Positions 47,295 through 57,436 of a stretch of 64,000 nt of DNA are shown here, one piece after another. The translations under genes and the position numbers were made by a program. Positions within the stretch are counted from its first letter, which is position 1. Each line of letters starts with the position of its first letter. This DNA is from Candidatus Brocadiia bacterium. GTDB lineage: Bacteria; Planctomycetota; Brocadiia; SM23-32. The DNA lies in contig JBKHIT010000001.1 of the NCBI GenBank assembly GCA_046538485.1, positions 1-64,000 of the forward strand, written 5' to 3'. The notes beneath the pieces were generated by a model. It ran no database searches. It was not told the DNA's origin and was given only the letters and a program-made list of their open reading frames with translations.

Positions 47295-48281
47295 CTAACT
47301 GCTTCCCGTCATCGACTCCCGACAAAACGACATGAGCCTGTCAAAATAGACTTTGCCGCCGACCTGGTAGGTGTCGTTATGTCCCGCCCCCCCAATTCGA
47401 TAGAATTCTTTCGGTTCCTTTGTCGCCTCAAAAACAGCCCTGCCCTGCTCAAAGGGTACGACTCTATCGCGGTCACCGTGGATTACCAGAATGGGTTTCT
47501 CAAGCTCCGATACTCGCCCCGCATTATCAAAATCTGAGCGGATAAATCGAGAAACCGGCACAAAAGGTATCATTTTTTTCGCCATGACTTTTGCCGATGC
47601 AAAAGGGCTCTCCAGAATCACAGCCACCACCGGTTCTGACAGAGCGAGGTTCAGCGCAACCGCCGTCCCGAGGGAACGTCCAAAAGCTATGATTCGCCCC
47701 GGTGCAATTTTTTTTTCTTCGGTCAGATATTTGTAGGCTGCCTTTGCATCTTTGTAGAGCCCGGTCTCACTCGGATGCCCCTGACTTTGGCCGTATCCCC
47801 TGTAATCTATCATGAGAACGTTAAACCCTTTTCTCCGCAACAGATGAAGGTACTCAACCCTGTGTGTGAGGTTCCCGGCATTGCCATGGAAAGCAAGCAA
47901 AGTGGGGGCTTCTTCCGTGGCTTCCAGCCACCAACCGTGCAGTTTCCATCCGTCCTCTGTCTTAAGCCAACAGTCCTCAACGGTGATACCGGGCTCCTCC
48001 CAGGGAACGGCTGGCTTTCGGGAAGGATGGTAGATAAAACGGGGTTCAAAAAGCAGAATCATTATGATGAAACTGACGTAAATACCCAGCGCCAGGCCGA
48101 CCAGCGTCAAAATCGGTTGGAACCACTTCGGCACTTCGAATTTTTTTTCTTTCTTTGTATCTCTTTCAGACACAGCCTTTTCTTGTTTCAAATCCCCCCG
48201 AGACATTCCACCATCCGGTTCTCCTGCAGAGACGGCCCCCATGAGCAGCAAAACAAAAAGTATAGCAACAGTTTTTGACAT
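47295..48281 (-). CDS. Alpha/beta hydrolase (ABHD13/17, Bem46-like), membrane-anchored
   Basis: FHGNAGN, DYRGYGQS, FGRSLGTAV (GxSxG), HGDRDRVVP, GAGHND. Confidence 0.92.
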   Translation of the reverse strand: MSKTVAILFVLLLMGAVSAGEPDGGMSRGDLKQEKAVSERDTKKEKKFEVPKWFQPILTLVGLALGIYVSFIIMILLFEPRFIYHPSRKPAVPWEEPGITVEDCWLKTEDGWKLHGWWLEATEEAPTLLAFHGNAGNLTHRVEYLHLLRRKGFNVLMIDYRGYGQSQGHPSETGLYKDAKAAYKYLTEEKKIAPGRIIAFGRSLGTAVALNLALSEPVVAVILESPFASAKVMAKKMIPFVPVSRFIRSDFDNAGRVSELEKPILVIHGDRDRVVPFEQGRAVFEATKEPKEFYRIGGAGHNDTYQVGGKVYFDRLMSFCRESMTGSS

Positions 48282-48328
48282 TTTTGAAACTCAGCAGGAA
48301 ATGGCAAAAGCCGGGGCTGGTTAATCGA

Positions 48329-48997
48329 CTATTCACTGCCTTCATGGGTGGGAGGCCGATGCCCGATATGGCCTCGCAAACACACGGGAGGACGAAGGAT
48401 TTCTGACCAAATGACAGCCCACTTCATATCGCCTCCTGAGAGATTCGACTGCGGAACCAGAGGTCTTTTTGATGGCACGCTTTTCGGTTCTTTTTTCTTA
48501 GAAGACTGGCGCTTTTCCCAGGCTTTTCGCAGATTTTTGCTGAATTCACCTACCCCTTTCAGCTCCCGCCAGCTGCCAAAGGATGTATTCCAAACTTTAC
48601 TTCGCGGACCGAGTTTGCCCGCCTCAATCATATTCCGGATGCGATCCGTTTTGTAAGGCCCGTAACGTTTGCCTTTTCGGCTGACGAACCAATCTTCTTT
48701 CGTCAGTTCGCTGTAATCGTTCGAACCACTACTCTGTGAAGACGAACGCGAAGTGGACATTTGTGGTGTGCCAGATGATGCGGCTGACGAACTACGGGCC
48801 GCCGAACTGTTCTTCTGTTTGGCATTATTGGCACTCTTCTTGATTTCTTGCAGGAAATCCTGAATTTGCCCCTGGCCCGCTTCATATTTTTCGCCCTGTG
48901 CCCCCTGGTTCTGCGAGGCTGATTCCGTCGCTTTCTTGATGAGGTAACCGATCCCGTAAAAGATTCCAATAACTATTAAGATCGCGATTTGTTCCAT
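48329..48997 (-). CDS. YqfB-like membrane-anchored protein with GYF_2 (DUF4339) domain
   Basis: N-terminal TM, Ser-rich linker, WFVSRKGKRYGPY...KVWNTSFGSW (GYF_2), C-terminal AVIWSEILRPP. Confidence 0.7.
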   Translation of the reverse strand: MEQIAILIVIGIFYGIGYLIKKATESASQNQGAQGEKYEAGQGQIQDFLQEIKKSANNAKQKNSSAARSSSAASSGTPQMSTSRSSSQSSGSNDYSELTKEDWFVSRKGKRYGPYKTDRIRNMIEAGKLGPRSKVWNTSFGSWRELKGVGEFSKNLRKAWEKRQSSKKKEPKSVPSKRPLVPQSNLSGGDMKWAVIWSEILRPPVCLRGHIGHRPPTHEGSE

Positions 48998-49019
48998 TTT
49001 CGGACTCCAGCTTTCCCAT

Positions 49020-52000
49020 TCAGACAAAACGGCCGAGGTTAACGTCTTGACAGTGGAGCATAATCGGAATAATATCCTCAAGGGCCCGTCCGAACGCTAC
49101 TGCCGTTCTGGCACTTTCGCGTCCTGAGCCCTGTTCGGCATTCTTAACAAACCATTTCATACCCTGGCGCTGTCCTCTTCGGACCAAAATGCCACCGGCA
49201 AGACTTCGCAAATCCCAATCTGATTCCACCTGATCGCTTACACTCGCAAATATCGAGAGCGCGCTCCGCACACGGGCAATTCCCAGGTATGAAGCCGCGC
49301 AATATCGTTCACGTTTTTCTCCATAGCGCAACAATTCTTTGAGCGCATCGGCATCTTCACTGCGTTCGAGCATTGCGCCAAGAGCGCGGTGACCACAGAC
49401 AAGTTCGATGTCATGGGTCTCCTGTGGGTCGTCCGGCAAAATATGCCCTGCTAATTTACCAGTTCCTCCTCGGATAGCCATGGCAAGACAAATATTGCCC
49501 AGGTTATCCAGTGATTCTCCCGCCAGAGAATCAGCCAGCATCTCACCAATTTCTTTCTCTTGCGCTGCGGTCATAAGTTGTTGGGTAATCTCACAACCGA
49601 GATCCGTCGGCGCCTGCGAGATAAGTTCGGCCACATCCGAAGCGTATTTCTGGCGCCCGCCGATCAACAAAGCGGCCGCTGCTGGTGCCACAATATCCAC
49701 GAAATCCGTCTCGTCTCGGTGCGCTTCGACAAGCGTTTCCAATTCATTGAAACTCGATTGCGGGTCATCCTCCTCCCGCGAGCGCGCCGTCAACGCCGCG
49801 ATCTTGACCCAATCGTCTTCGGCCTGGCATGCCTCATCGAAAATCGCGGGGTCGCTATCGCCTTTCAGCTCAGCCAGGGATTCCATAATACCGATTCGAG
49901 CCCTTTTGCGGAGCCGGGGCAACAATTCCTGCCACTGCTGAACAAGATCCCCGCCGCCCCACTCGAGAGACGGGCCGCCTCCGGTTGCCTTTTGCCATTC
50001 TTCAAGATTGGAAGCCCAATCAGTCTCTCCCAGTTTCGCCAATCCTTTGGCTGCATGATAGAAAGCATCAAGTGCACCTGCCAGGCAACGCACGATTCCC
50101 TGCATAAGCGCTTCGGCTGTTTCCTGCTGCAGTGCTTCACCGGATTCCAGCGCTTCTGTGGCTTTCTCAATCTCTTCATTCGAGAGTTCAAGATCATCTC
50201 GCCACAATTTCTCCAGTTGGTCGGCATCCAGTCCCGCGGTATCCTGAAAGATCAACTCTCCCTGGTCGTTTCGCCGAAGAGCATGCGCATGGCGAGCAAG
50301 CTTACCCCGCCATTCAATGACACGATCCATTGTTTTAATCAACGGCTCTCCGAAATTCGCTTCCTCAATATCTTCGATCAATTGACCGACATTTTCTCTG
50401 AACAATGCGGAAAGCGATTCGTCTTCGGTAAGCCGTTGCAACGCTTCGATAGTTTGGGGAACAGGGAACGGGCAGTTAAATTCCACAAACTCTTCGATGG
50501 CTCTCAACACAATCTGCCGAACCCCTTCATCGTGATCCTGAAGGGCCTCAAGCAGATAGCTGAAAACTTCCATACCCTCACTTCTCTCGGATGTGAAACT
50601 GACTGAAAGCCTGCCCCAGGTTTCTTGTCGGCCTCCCGGATTATCGCGGAGCGCTTCAACGGCACGCCGTCTTGTGAGAGCATCGGGGTGTCTCTGAAGG
50701 ACATCGACAAGCAGTCCCGCGTCACGAGTATTATCCAGTGCAGCCGACGCCCGGGAACGGACAACATCTTCCGAATCATACAGAGCTCTTTGAAGGGCAT
50801 ATGATTCGGCTATGTCTTCCAGTTCAAGCAATTCAGTAATAGCATGAACCCTTTGCGAGGACGACCCTTCGATCGCCGTTCGCTCGAGTATAGGCAACAC
50901 ATCACCGGCATCGGCACTGCTGCGCGACTTGATAGCGCTGCTTTCGGCCGCGCTCTCCGACTCCATGCCTATGTTGCCGGCCTCCCAGATAGACAGCGTC
51001 TGTTCCTCCGCCGACTGGTCCTTTTCGCTTTCTTCCAGGGTGGGAGCTCCTGCTTCGGACTCCAGCATACGCAGGAGTTCTTTCGCACTTCGTTCGACCT
51101 CATAATCGCTATCCCCCGTAGTCTCTTTCAGCAATTCTTCGACCTCGGAGAGTTCAAATTGATTGAGCATCAAGACCGCATGACGTCTTACATCGGGATC
51201 GGGATGTTTAAGACCTTTACGCAGGGCGTCGAGCATTTCAGCGGATTCGCGACCCTGCTGTGCAGCCAGACAGTCGAGCACGGAAGAGACCAGAACTTCA
51301 TCCGGATCGTCGAGTTTGTCCCTCAGAATCTCCACCGCTCTCTCGTTACGCAGAGCAGCCAGGGCAAGGACAGTTTCTCGCCGCGTCTGGGTATCCGGAT
51401 CCTTGCTCAAATCTTCCAATATTGTGACAACATCCGGTCTGTCAGCGTACCCGAGAACCTGGGCGATCTCCCGGCGAAGATTCATATCTTCACTCTCGAC
51501 GATGGACTTATAAAGCTCACTTTCACGATCTTGCAGCAACTCCATCAGATTGTTTTTAAGAGCATGGTATTTGCTCCCAACAATCAGTCCGAAGGTGTTT
51601 ACGGCCGCCCTTCGCACGCCGTTGTCGTCCGAGTTGAAAGCCTCCGTGAGCAATTCCAGGGCGGCGGGGCCTTCCAGCGTCTCGATCGCTTCCACTGCCC
51701 GCCTCCTCACCGATCGATCATCAGCCACCAGACATTCTTGTATTATGGACTGAGCGGAATCCGCCTCCGTCACATCCATAAGGAGATCCGCGGCGGCCCG
51801 TGCCAATTGCATCGAGCCCTTACGAACAGCCGCGCGGACAAATGCCGCTGTTATATCATCAGGGGAGGCAATCGAAAGTTCGATCAAAGTCTGCCGGGCA
51901 TCGTCATCCGGCGCTTTGTCAAGCGCTTCCTCCGCCGCCTCGAGACGCTCATCGTCCGGTTTTTCAGCGACATTATTCAGGACTTCATGGGACCACTGGC

Positions 52001-52043
52001 GAATTTTTCGCTTGCTTGCGCTGGTTTGAGCTTTCTCGGCCAT
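49020..52043 (-). CDS. Large HEAT-repeat protein
   Basis: Many D-x-x-x-x-V-R-x-x-A-x-x-x-L helical repeats across 1007 aa. Confidence 0.88.
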   Translation of the reverse strand: MAEKAQTSASKRKIRQWSHEVLNNVAEKPDDERLEAAEEALDKAPDDDARQTLIELSIASPDDITAAFVRAAVRKGSMQLARAAADLLMDVTEADSAQSIIQECLVADDRSVRRRAVEAIETLEGPAALELLTEAFNSDDNGVRRAAVNTFGLIVGSKYHALKNNLMELLQDRESELYKSIVESEDMNLRREIAQVLGYADRPDVVTILEDLSKDPDTQTRRETVLALAALRNERAVEILRDKLDDPDEVLVSSVLDCLAAQQGRESAEMLDALRKGLKHPDPDVRRHAVLMLNQFELSEVEELLKETTGDSDYEVERSAKELLRMLESEAGAPTLEESEKDQSAEEQTLSIWEAGNIGMESESAAESSAIKSRSSADAGDVLPILERTAIEGSSSQRVHAITELLELEDIAESYALQRALYDSEDVVRSRASAALDNTRDAGLLVDVLQRHPDALTRRRAVEALRDNPGGRQETWGRLSVSFTSERSEGMEVFSYLLEALQDHDEGVRQIVLRAIEEFVEFNCPFPVPQTIEALQRLTEDESLSALFRENVGQLIEDIEEANFGEPLIKTMDRVIEWRGKLARHAHALRRNDQGELIFQDTAGLDADQLEKLWRDDLELSNEEIEKATEALESGEALQQETAEALMQGIVRCLAGALDAFYHAAKGLAKLGETDWASNLEEWQKATGGGPSLEWGGGDLVQQWQELLPRLRKRARIGIMESLAELKGDSDPAIFDEACQAEDDWVKIAALTARSREEDDPQSSFNELETLVEAHRDETDFVDIVAPAAAALLIGGRQKYASDVAELISQAPTDLGCEITQQLMTAAQEKEIGEMLADSLAGESLDNLGNICLAMAIRGGTGKLAGHILPDDPQETHDIELVCGHRALGAMLERSEDADALKELLRYGEKRERYCAASYLGIARVRSALSIFASVSDQVESDWDLRSLAGGILVRRGQRQGMKWFVKNAEQGSGRESARTAVAFGRALEDIIPIMLHCQDVNLGRFV

Positions 52044-52132
52044 ATGAATTCCGCAGGGAGAAAAGAGACCACACGAACCGTGTTGGGGCCGTGGACGAAC
52101 CGGATGGCCCCAACTACATCGACCAGATGGTT

Positions 52133-53170
52133 TTATTCGCCTTCGCCTCCGGTTTCAGCCTGGCCGCCGATACTCGTTCTCATATCGGTATCGGCCTGGA
52201 CATTCTTCATGGCATAGTAATCCATAATGCCGAGGTTGCCTTCGCGAAGTGCCTGAGCGACAGCCTTGGGAATTTCGGCTTCGGCGAGAACAACTTTAGC
52301 GCGGTTCTCACTCACCAGAGCCTGCATCTCCTGCTCACGCGCGACAGCCATCGCGCGGCGCCTCTCCGCCAGAGCCTGAGCGACACGTTTATCGGCTTCC
52401 GCCTGATCGGCCTGAAGTTTTGCTCCGATGTTTTCGCCGACATCCACATCGGCAATATCAATGGAGACGATTTCAAAAGCCGTTTCGGCGTCGAGAGCTT
52501 TCTCCAACACTCGTTTGGAAATAAGATCAGGATTTTCCAGCACGGCTTTGTAGGTTTCTGCCGAACCAATCGTGGTCACGATACCCTCGCCGACGCGGGC
52601 AATGATCGTTTCCATCCAAGCACCACCGACCAGTTTTTCAACATTGGCGCGCACGGTAACTCGCGCTTTTGCCCGAACCTGGATCCCGTCTTTTGCGACG
52701 GCCGCGACCGTCTCGCGTCCTTTGCTCGGATCCGGACAATCGATAACCGCCGGTTTCACATACATCCCTACGGCCTGCAGGACGTCACGCCCGGCAAGGT
52801 CAATGGCGCAGGCCATATCAAATGTCATCGGGATCCCCGCTTTGCTCGAGGCAACCATGGCACGAGTGACATTGGGAACATCACCGCCTGCCAGATAATG
52901 CGCCTCCAGCAGCCGCGTCTCGATCGTGAGTCCAGCTTTCATCGCTGTGATTCGCGCGTCGACGATCGTGCTGGGACTGACCCCCATCAGACGCATGGAG
53001 ATTATCTCGAAGACTCCCACATGGGCTCCCGCCAGCAGCGCTCGGATATACAGAAACCCATAACTGAAAAAGAAAATCAACAAAAACAGCAGAAGGATGA
53101 TTCCGACGATGAGGAGAAGCACGAAGACCGGGCTCCCCTCCTCTGCCGCCAGCAATATGGACGGGTTCAT
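52133..53170 (-). CDS. floA: Flotillin-like protein FloA (YqfA)
   Basis: [72 protein letters not shown]. Confidence 0.95.
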   Translation of the reverse strand: MNPSILLAAEEGSPVFVLLLIVGIILLLFLLIFFFSYGFLYIRALLAGAHVGVFEIISMRLMGVSPSTIVDARITAMKAGLTIETRLLEAHYLAGGDVPNVTRAMVASSKAGIPMTFDMACAIDLAGRDVLQAVGMYVKPAVIDCPDPSKGRETVAAVAKDGIQVRAKARVTVRANVEKLVGGAWMETIIARVGEGIVTTIGSAETYKAVLENPDLISKRVLEKALDAETAFEIVSIDIADVDVGENIGAKLQADQAEADKRVAQALAERRRAMAVAREQEMQALVSENRAKVVLAEAEIPKAVAQALREGNLGIMDYYAMKNVQADTDMRTSIGGQAETGGEGE

Positions 53171-53364
53171 TGGCACGACTCCTTCACCCAAGGCCTGAGG
53201 AATACAAAACACGTTCACATTTTAGTTCGGTCCGGCGGGTAACGCCCCAGCACTCCGCCAAAACGCCCCGCTCGACACTTTATTATTCAGATTCAAACAG
53301 CCTTGTCAACTCTCATAGCAGGTCTTTACACGCTGAAACCACCTTCACCATTCGGATTTAAAGC

Positions 53365-54459
53365 TCAACTCCCGAGGTTGGGACGCAAACGCGCGATTAA
53401 AGCGAGTCTCTCTCCAGCCGAAATAATCGTATCCGGCTCCGGATTAAGCGAGATGTCCGGACATCTTTTGCCCGCCGGTTCGCCCGCCTCCCTCGCCGAC
53501 GCTCGGTCATTAACGATTCCAATAAGAATCGCATCTTCCTTCATCAGATGTTCCGCAGCATCCGCGAAATTCATCCCGATTATCTTTTTCGGCACATCCA
53601 CAATATATATCTCATTGCCTTCTTTCTGTACCCGCAAAAGCTCCTCAAAAACCGTCGAAGCATGATGCGTGAACGCGCATTGAGCGATCAAAGATGTGGA
53701 ATCAAGGAACACTATTTCGTCGGCGTGAGTGCGCTCGAGATGCCGCTGATTCGCAGGATCCTGCAGTTCGACGATGGTGTAAGTTTCAGGAGATGTACTG
53801 CTGACGGCAAGCGATGTCAAAATCGCTTCCTGATCCCCCTCCTCAGAAGCAAGAATTATCGCCGTTCGCGCCCGGCCAATATCGGCCCCTCTCAGCACCT
53901 CGCTATCGCTGAAATTGCCCCGGACACAGAAAACATTTCGGTACGCTTCCGGTGAACTGATCGGGATGGGATCAGTTTGTTTCGTGACAATCACAATCGG
54001 CACCGCTTCACCGAGGATCGGATGGTGGAGCTCACGAATAATACGATCCGTGGTTTCATTGTTTCCAAACACCACAATATGTTCTTCGAGCGTCAAACGC
54101 CGCGGTTTCTCCGGGACCTGGGTTCCGCGCAGAACGACTTTTACGAGATCTGTTGTGATACAGGCCGTAATCCCCCCGACAAGCACGATACCAAGCAGCA
54201 AAACCACAACTGATATCGCCTTCCCCGGAGCGCTTGCGGGAGCCGCCTCATCCAAACCACTTGTGAGATATACGATGATGGCCCATGCCGACCGGCCGAA
54301 AGAACGGTAGGTATCGCTTTCGGCCGCTCCGCTTTCGACGATAAAAAGCGCCAGAGCCGCTGCCATCCATGAGAGGAAAAACCCCACCAGCATGCTGATA
54401 TACTTGTGCTGGATCGCAAAGTTCACCAGCCAGGTTTTAAGCGGCAACGTCTTTTGCAT
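53365..54459 (-). CDS. 2-TM ion channel with C-terminal RCK (TrkA_N/C) domain
   Basis: TM1, pore helix (SAWAIIVYLTSGLD), TM2, then EHIVVFG, VRGN..D..L..ADI..A..AII, GNEIY. Confidence 0.8.
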   Translation of the reverse strand: MQKTLPLKTWLVNFAIQHKYISMLVGFFLSWMAAALALFIVESGAAESDTYRSFGRSAWAIIVYLTSGLDEAAPASAPGKAISVVVLLLGIVLVGGITACITTDLVKVVLRGTQVPEKPRRLTLEEHIVVFGNNETTDRIIRELHHPILGEAVPIVIVTKQTDPIPISSPEAYRNVFCVRGNFSDSEVLRGADIGRARTAIILASEEGDQEAILTSLAVSSTSPETYTIVELQDPANQRHLERTHADEIVFLDSTSLIAQCAFTHHASTVFEELLRVQKEGNEIYIVDVPKKIIGMNFADAAEHLMKEDAILIGIVNDRASAREAGEPAGKRCPDISLNPEPDTIISAGERLALIARLRPNLGS

Positions 54460-54492
54460 GCTTGGACGTACCTTAAAACCAAAAAAGTCCCG

Positions 54493-55272
54493 TTAAAACG
54501 GTTTCTTAACTGCTATAACCCAAAGCTCGTCATCCGGCTGCAACACAGTATCAGCACCGGGGTTAATCAAATTCTTCCCGTCTCGACGCAACCCGATCGG
54601 GATGACATGTTCGTTGATCAAAGTGCGGAAACAGCCTCCGAAACTATCCCACTTCTTCCTCGCCGGGACGCGATAGATCTCGTTCCCTTCGGTCTGGAAA
54701 TCAAAAAGCTCTCGATAGATATCGCTGATGTGATTGCTGATGGCCGATTGGGCCATCAACAGTTGTGACAACTCTGCCCGGCAAACTGTTGCGTTTACGG
54801 CCGTACGATCAAAATGCGGTATGTTATTGGTGCTTGTCACCTCGACAATCGTGAAAATCTCAGGACAGATATCCTCGATCGCCAGAGCGACGAGCAACGA
54901 TAAAGCGTCAGCATTGCCCGTATCCTGAAGATCGGAGAGCACAATGGCCGTCCCGGCCGACTCAATGCCAGCGTCTTTGAGCACATCGGCGGACGTTGGA
55001 TCGCCCTCAATGATCGTCACATCTTCCAAATGAGCTGGCAAATCATCGGCGTCGTCAGCAAGAATGATAACAGGAGGCTTAACGGAAAGAACCGGCGAAC
55101 GCAGTTTCCGCGCAAGATCGACCGCCCTCGGCCCTCCGCAAACAAAGATTGACTCATCAGCTGCTGGCTTATGCCCGGCATCCTCTGAAACCACGTCCAC
55201 TCCCTCTTCGGAGAAAACTTGTTTACCATGTGCAGCCAGACAGAGCTTAATGAGTCGAGGCTTGTTTGGCAA
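54493..55272 (-). CDS. Stand-alone RCK/TrkA-domain protein
   Basis: IEGDPTSADVLKDAGIESA..AIV, ADALSLL, EGNEIY, LINPGAD; start uncertain (possibly GTG at 55194-55200). Confidence 0.8.
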   Translation of the reverse strand: MPNKPRLIKLCLAAHGKQVFSEEGVDVVSEDAGHKPAADESIFVCGGPRAVDLARKLRSPVLSVKPPVIILADDADDLPAHLEDVTIIEGDPTSADVLKDAGIESAGTAIVLSDLQDTGNADALSLLVALAIEDICPEIFTIVEVTSTNNIPHFDRTAVNATVCRAELSQLLMAQSAISNHISDIYRELFDFQTEGNEIYRVPARKKWDSFGGCFRTLINEHVIPIGLRRDGKNLINPGADTVLQPDDELWVIAVKKPF

Positions 55273-55423
55273 GGAATTGCGACAAACTAAACTTCCATCT
55301 CAAAAATATCCACCCGCAAAAAAGCCGTTGCGCTTTGCCGAAAAGATCGGTTTACTCTCTCTGCAACGTCATGAAAAAGGGCTCTGAGGGCAAACCCACA
55401 AACTGGCCGGGTTTTAGTCCCGT

Positions 55424-56869
55424 CTACTTTTGAAATTGCAAAGCATACAAATCGGCATCGCTCAGCACGATCCGCAGACGGAGTGGGCTGCCCGTCAGGT
55501 GGTCTATTGATGAGTTTCCGTTCCAGGTAACCGAACGGTTGATCTCATCGCCGATGACCTCGTCGCAATCCTCGAGGGTATAATTCTCAATCGGATCTCC
55601 CGCCTTATCCTGCAATTCCACACGGATACTTCCCGCTGCGGATGTGGAGAAGTTGAGCGTAAGCCGGTCTCCCATAGCTTCCAGAGGCCGTGTCAGGATC
55701 TCTCCGCCGCTCAAAGAAGCATTGACGGATACGAAGCCGTCCATCCTCAAGGTATATCGTCGAAACCATGTGCTCTCTCCCCGCCAATAACCTTCCGGAG
55801 CATAGAATGATAGTTCAGACGGCGCTCCGGGGAAACTGGAACCGGTTTCGAGCATTCCCTTGCACTGGTAATTATCGCCATAAGCCCAGTTTCCCTCCAG
55901 CTGAGGTCCCGGTCGGATGAAAGCCTCACCCCATCGGCGAAACGTAACCCCGTCCCGGCTGCTCATAAAAAGCCCGTCGGTAAGGGCCGTCCCGAACCGT
56001 TCGTTGACACCTGAGCGGTGCCGTCGATGTTCCGGTTCGGGCAACGCTTCGATAGCACGCGACCACGGCCGCTCAACGTAGCGGGTTGGGAAACCCAAAA
56101 GAATATGCGGTGCCCGCGGATAAGGCTGAACCTGGCTCGTGTAGAGTTGTTCCGCGGGCGCATCGGGATACTGCAACCATTCGGGATCTGACCAATTCAC
56201 AAAATCCTCGGAAGTAGCCGTTTTAATGTCGCGCCTTCCGTCATCCCAATCGCGGAAATAAGCTCTGTATATTCCCCCCACAGAGTCCCAGAAAGCAAGG
56301 TTCGGGGAATCGAATGCAGCATCTGTAACACCTTCGGTTATGATGGGATCCTCCTGAAGCAAATCCCAGTGGATCCCGTCCGGCGAACCGAAGGCAAACA
56401 GCTGACGGCGGTTCGGCGTCACGTTGCGCCGTCCAAAAGCTTTATAGCGGGTAGCCGCATCCGCCCCCGGGTTGTCATCTTTGAATGGGATGAGCGTTTC
56501 CTTGTATCCGGATTGCCACACAATGTTGTTCTTCTTGTTACCATCGAATTCCACAACTCCCAACTCGGGTTTTTCCCAGCGGATACCGTCGGCGCTTTCC
56601 GCGTAACATGTGGTCAGGTTGTTCTCGTGCTCCCTTTCGCCATCGTGAATATGGATTTTCCATCCTTTGTAATACATGCGGAAAAGGCCTTCGTCCTCGA
56701 AGACCGTGATGAAACCGCACATATTGCCTTCCCAGGGGAGATCCGTCTCCAGAACTATCTCCCGCCGGACGGGGTTATGCAGTTTCAAGGCAGCCTTTCC
56801 ATCGAGCGAATCGATCAAATAGCGATCGACCATGAGTTGCCGCCGGTTTCCTATTTTCTCAGTGCGCAT
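55424..56869 (-). CDS. Hypothetical five-bladed beta-propeller glycosidase-like protein
   Basis: YAESADGIRWEKPELG, SPDGIHW, SEDFVNWS, SRDGVTF Asp-box-like motifs; LRMDGFVS C-terminal domain. Confidence 0.7.
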   Translation of the reverse strand: MRTEKIGNRRQLMVDRYLIDSLDGKAALKLHNPVRREIVLETDLPWEGNMCGFITVFEDEGLFRMYYKGWKIHIHDGEREHENNLTTCYAESADGIRWEKPELGVVEFDGNKKNNIVWQSGYKETLIPFKDDNPGADAATRYKAFGRRNVTPNRRQLFAFGSPDGIHWDLLQEDPIITEGVTDAAFDSPNLAFWDSVGGIYRAYFRDWDDGRRDIKTATSEDFVNWSDPEWLQYPDAPAEQLYTSQVQPYPRAPHILLGFPTRYVERPWSRAIEALPEPEHRRHRSGVNERFGTALTDGLFMSSRDGVTFRRWGEAFIRPGPQLEGNWAYGDNYQCKGMLETGSSFPGAPSELSFYAPEGYWRGESTWFRRYTLRMDGFVSVNASLSGGEILTRPLEAMGDRLTLNFSTSAAGSIRVELQDKAGDPIENYTLEDCDEVIGDEINRSVTWNGNSSIDHLTGSPLRLRIVLSDADLYALQFQK

Positions 56870-56941
56870 GGTATTGGTTCCCTATGAAAGCACAGGAAAA
56901 TGCTTGAAAAACGGGGGCAAAAAAGGGGATGAACTTTGTTT

Positions 56942-57409
56942 TTACTGGCGCGTATTGTCCGCCACAACGAGCCGGCTGCCCCGAACATCAATTACCTTGA
57001 TAGGCGTTCCTTTGTCCAGCATTTCCCCCCGCGTCACCACGGCGTACCGTTCCCCCTCGATGATAGCGGTTCCACTCGGTCGCAGCGGGCTGACGGTTTG
57101 TCCCTCCTTGCCTTTCAGTTGGTCGTAGTCCTTCATCGTCGACCGGAAATCTTTTTCACTGTCTTCAACGGCAAAGAGTCTCCCCACGAGTTTTGCCCAC
57201 AGAACGAAAAATACGGGTATCAGAATAACTGTAACAACAATCAGGACACTGGCGGTTGTAACATGGCCGGTCACGTAGGCAACGATAATACTGGCACAGA
57301 CGCATAGGAACCCAATAATCCCCATTATTGCTCCCGGAACAAACAACTCGATGACCATTGCTACTATTCCGGCAGCATAAATGAGTAGTATCCAGTCAAG
57401 TTCGCCCAT
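56942..57409 (-). CDS. Short NfeD-family protein (TM plus OB fold)
   Basis: ELFVPG, G.T.SPLRPSG...V.V..V.G..LVV. Confidence 0.9.
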   Translation of the reverse strand: MGELDWILLIYAAGIVAMVIELFVPGAIMGIIGFLCVCASIIVAYVTGHVTTASVLIVVTVILIPVFFVLWAKLVGRLFAVEDSEKDFRSTMKDYDQLKGKEGQTVSPLRPSGTAIIEGERYAVVTRGEMLDKGTPIKVIDVRGSRLVVADNTRQ

Positions 57410-57436
57410 GTTTCTCTCTCTCGTGCAAATTCAGTT

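Noticed and set aside
50844..53242. 457-aa and 480-aa plus-strand ORFs
   Set aside because: Antisense to the HEAT and floA genes.
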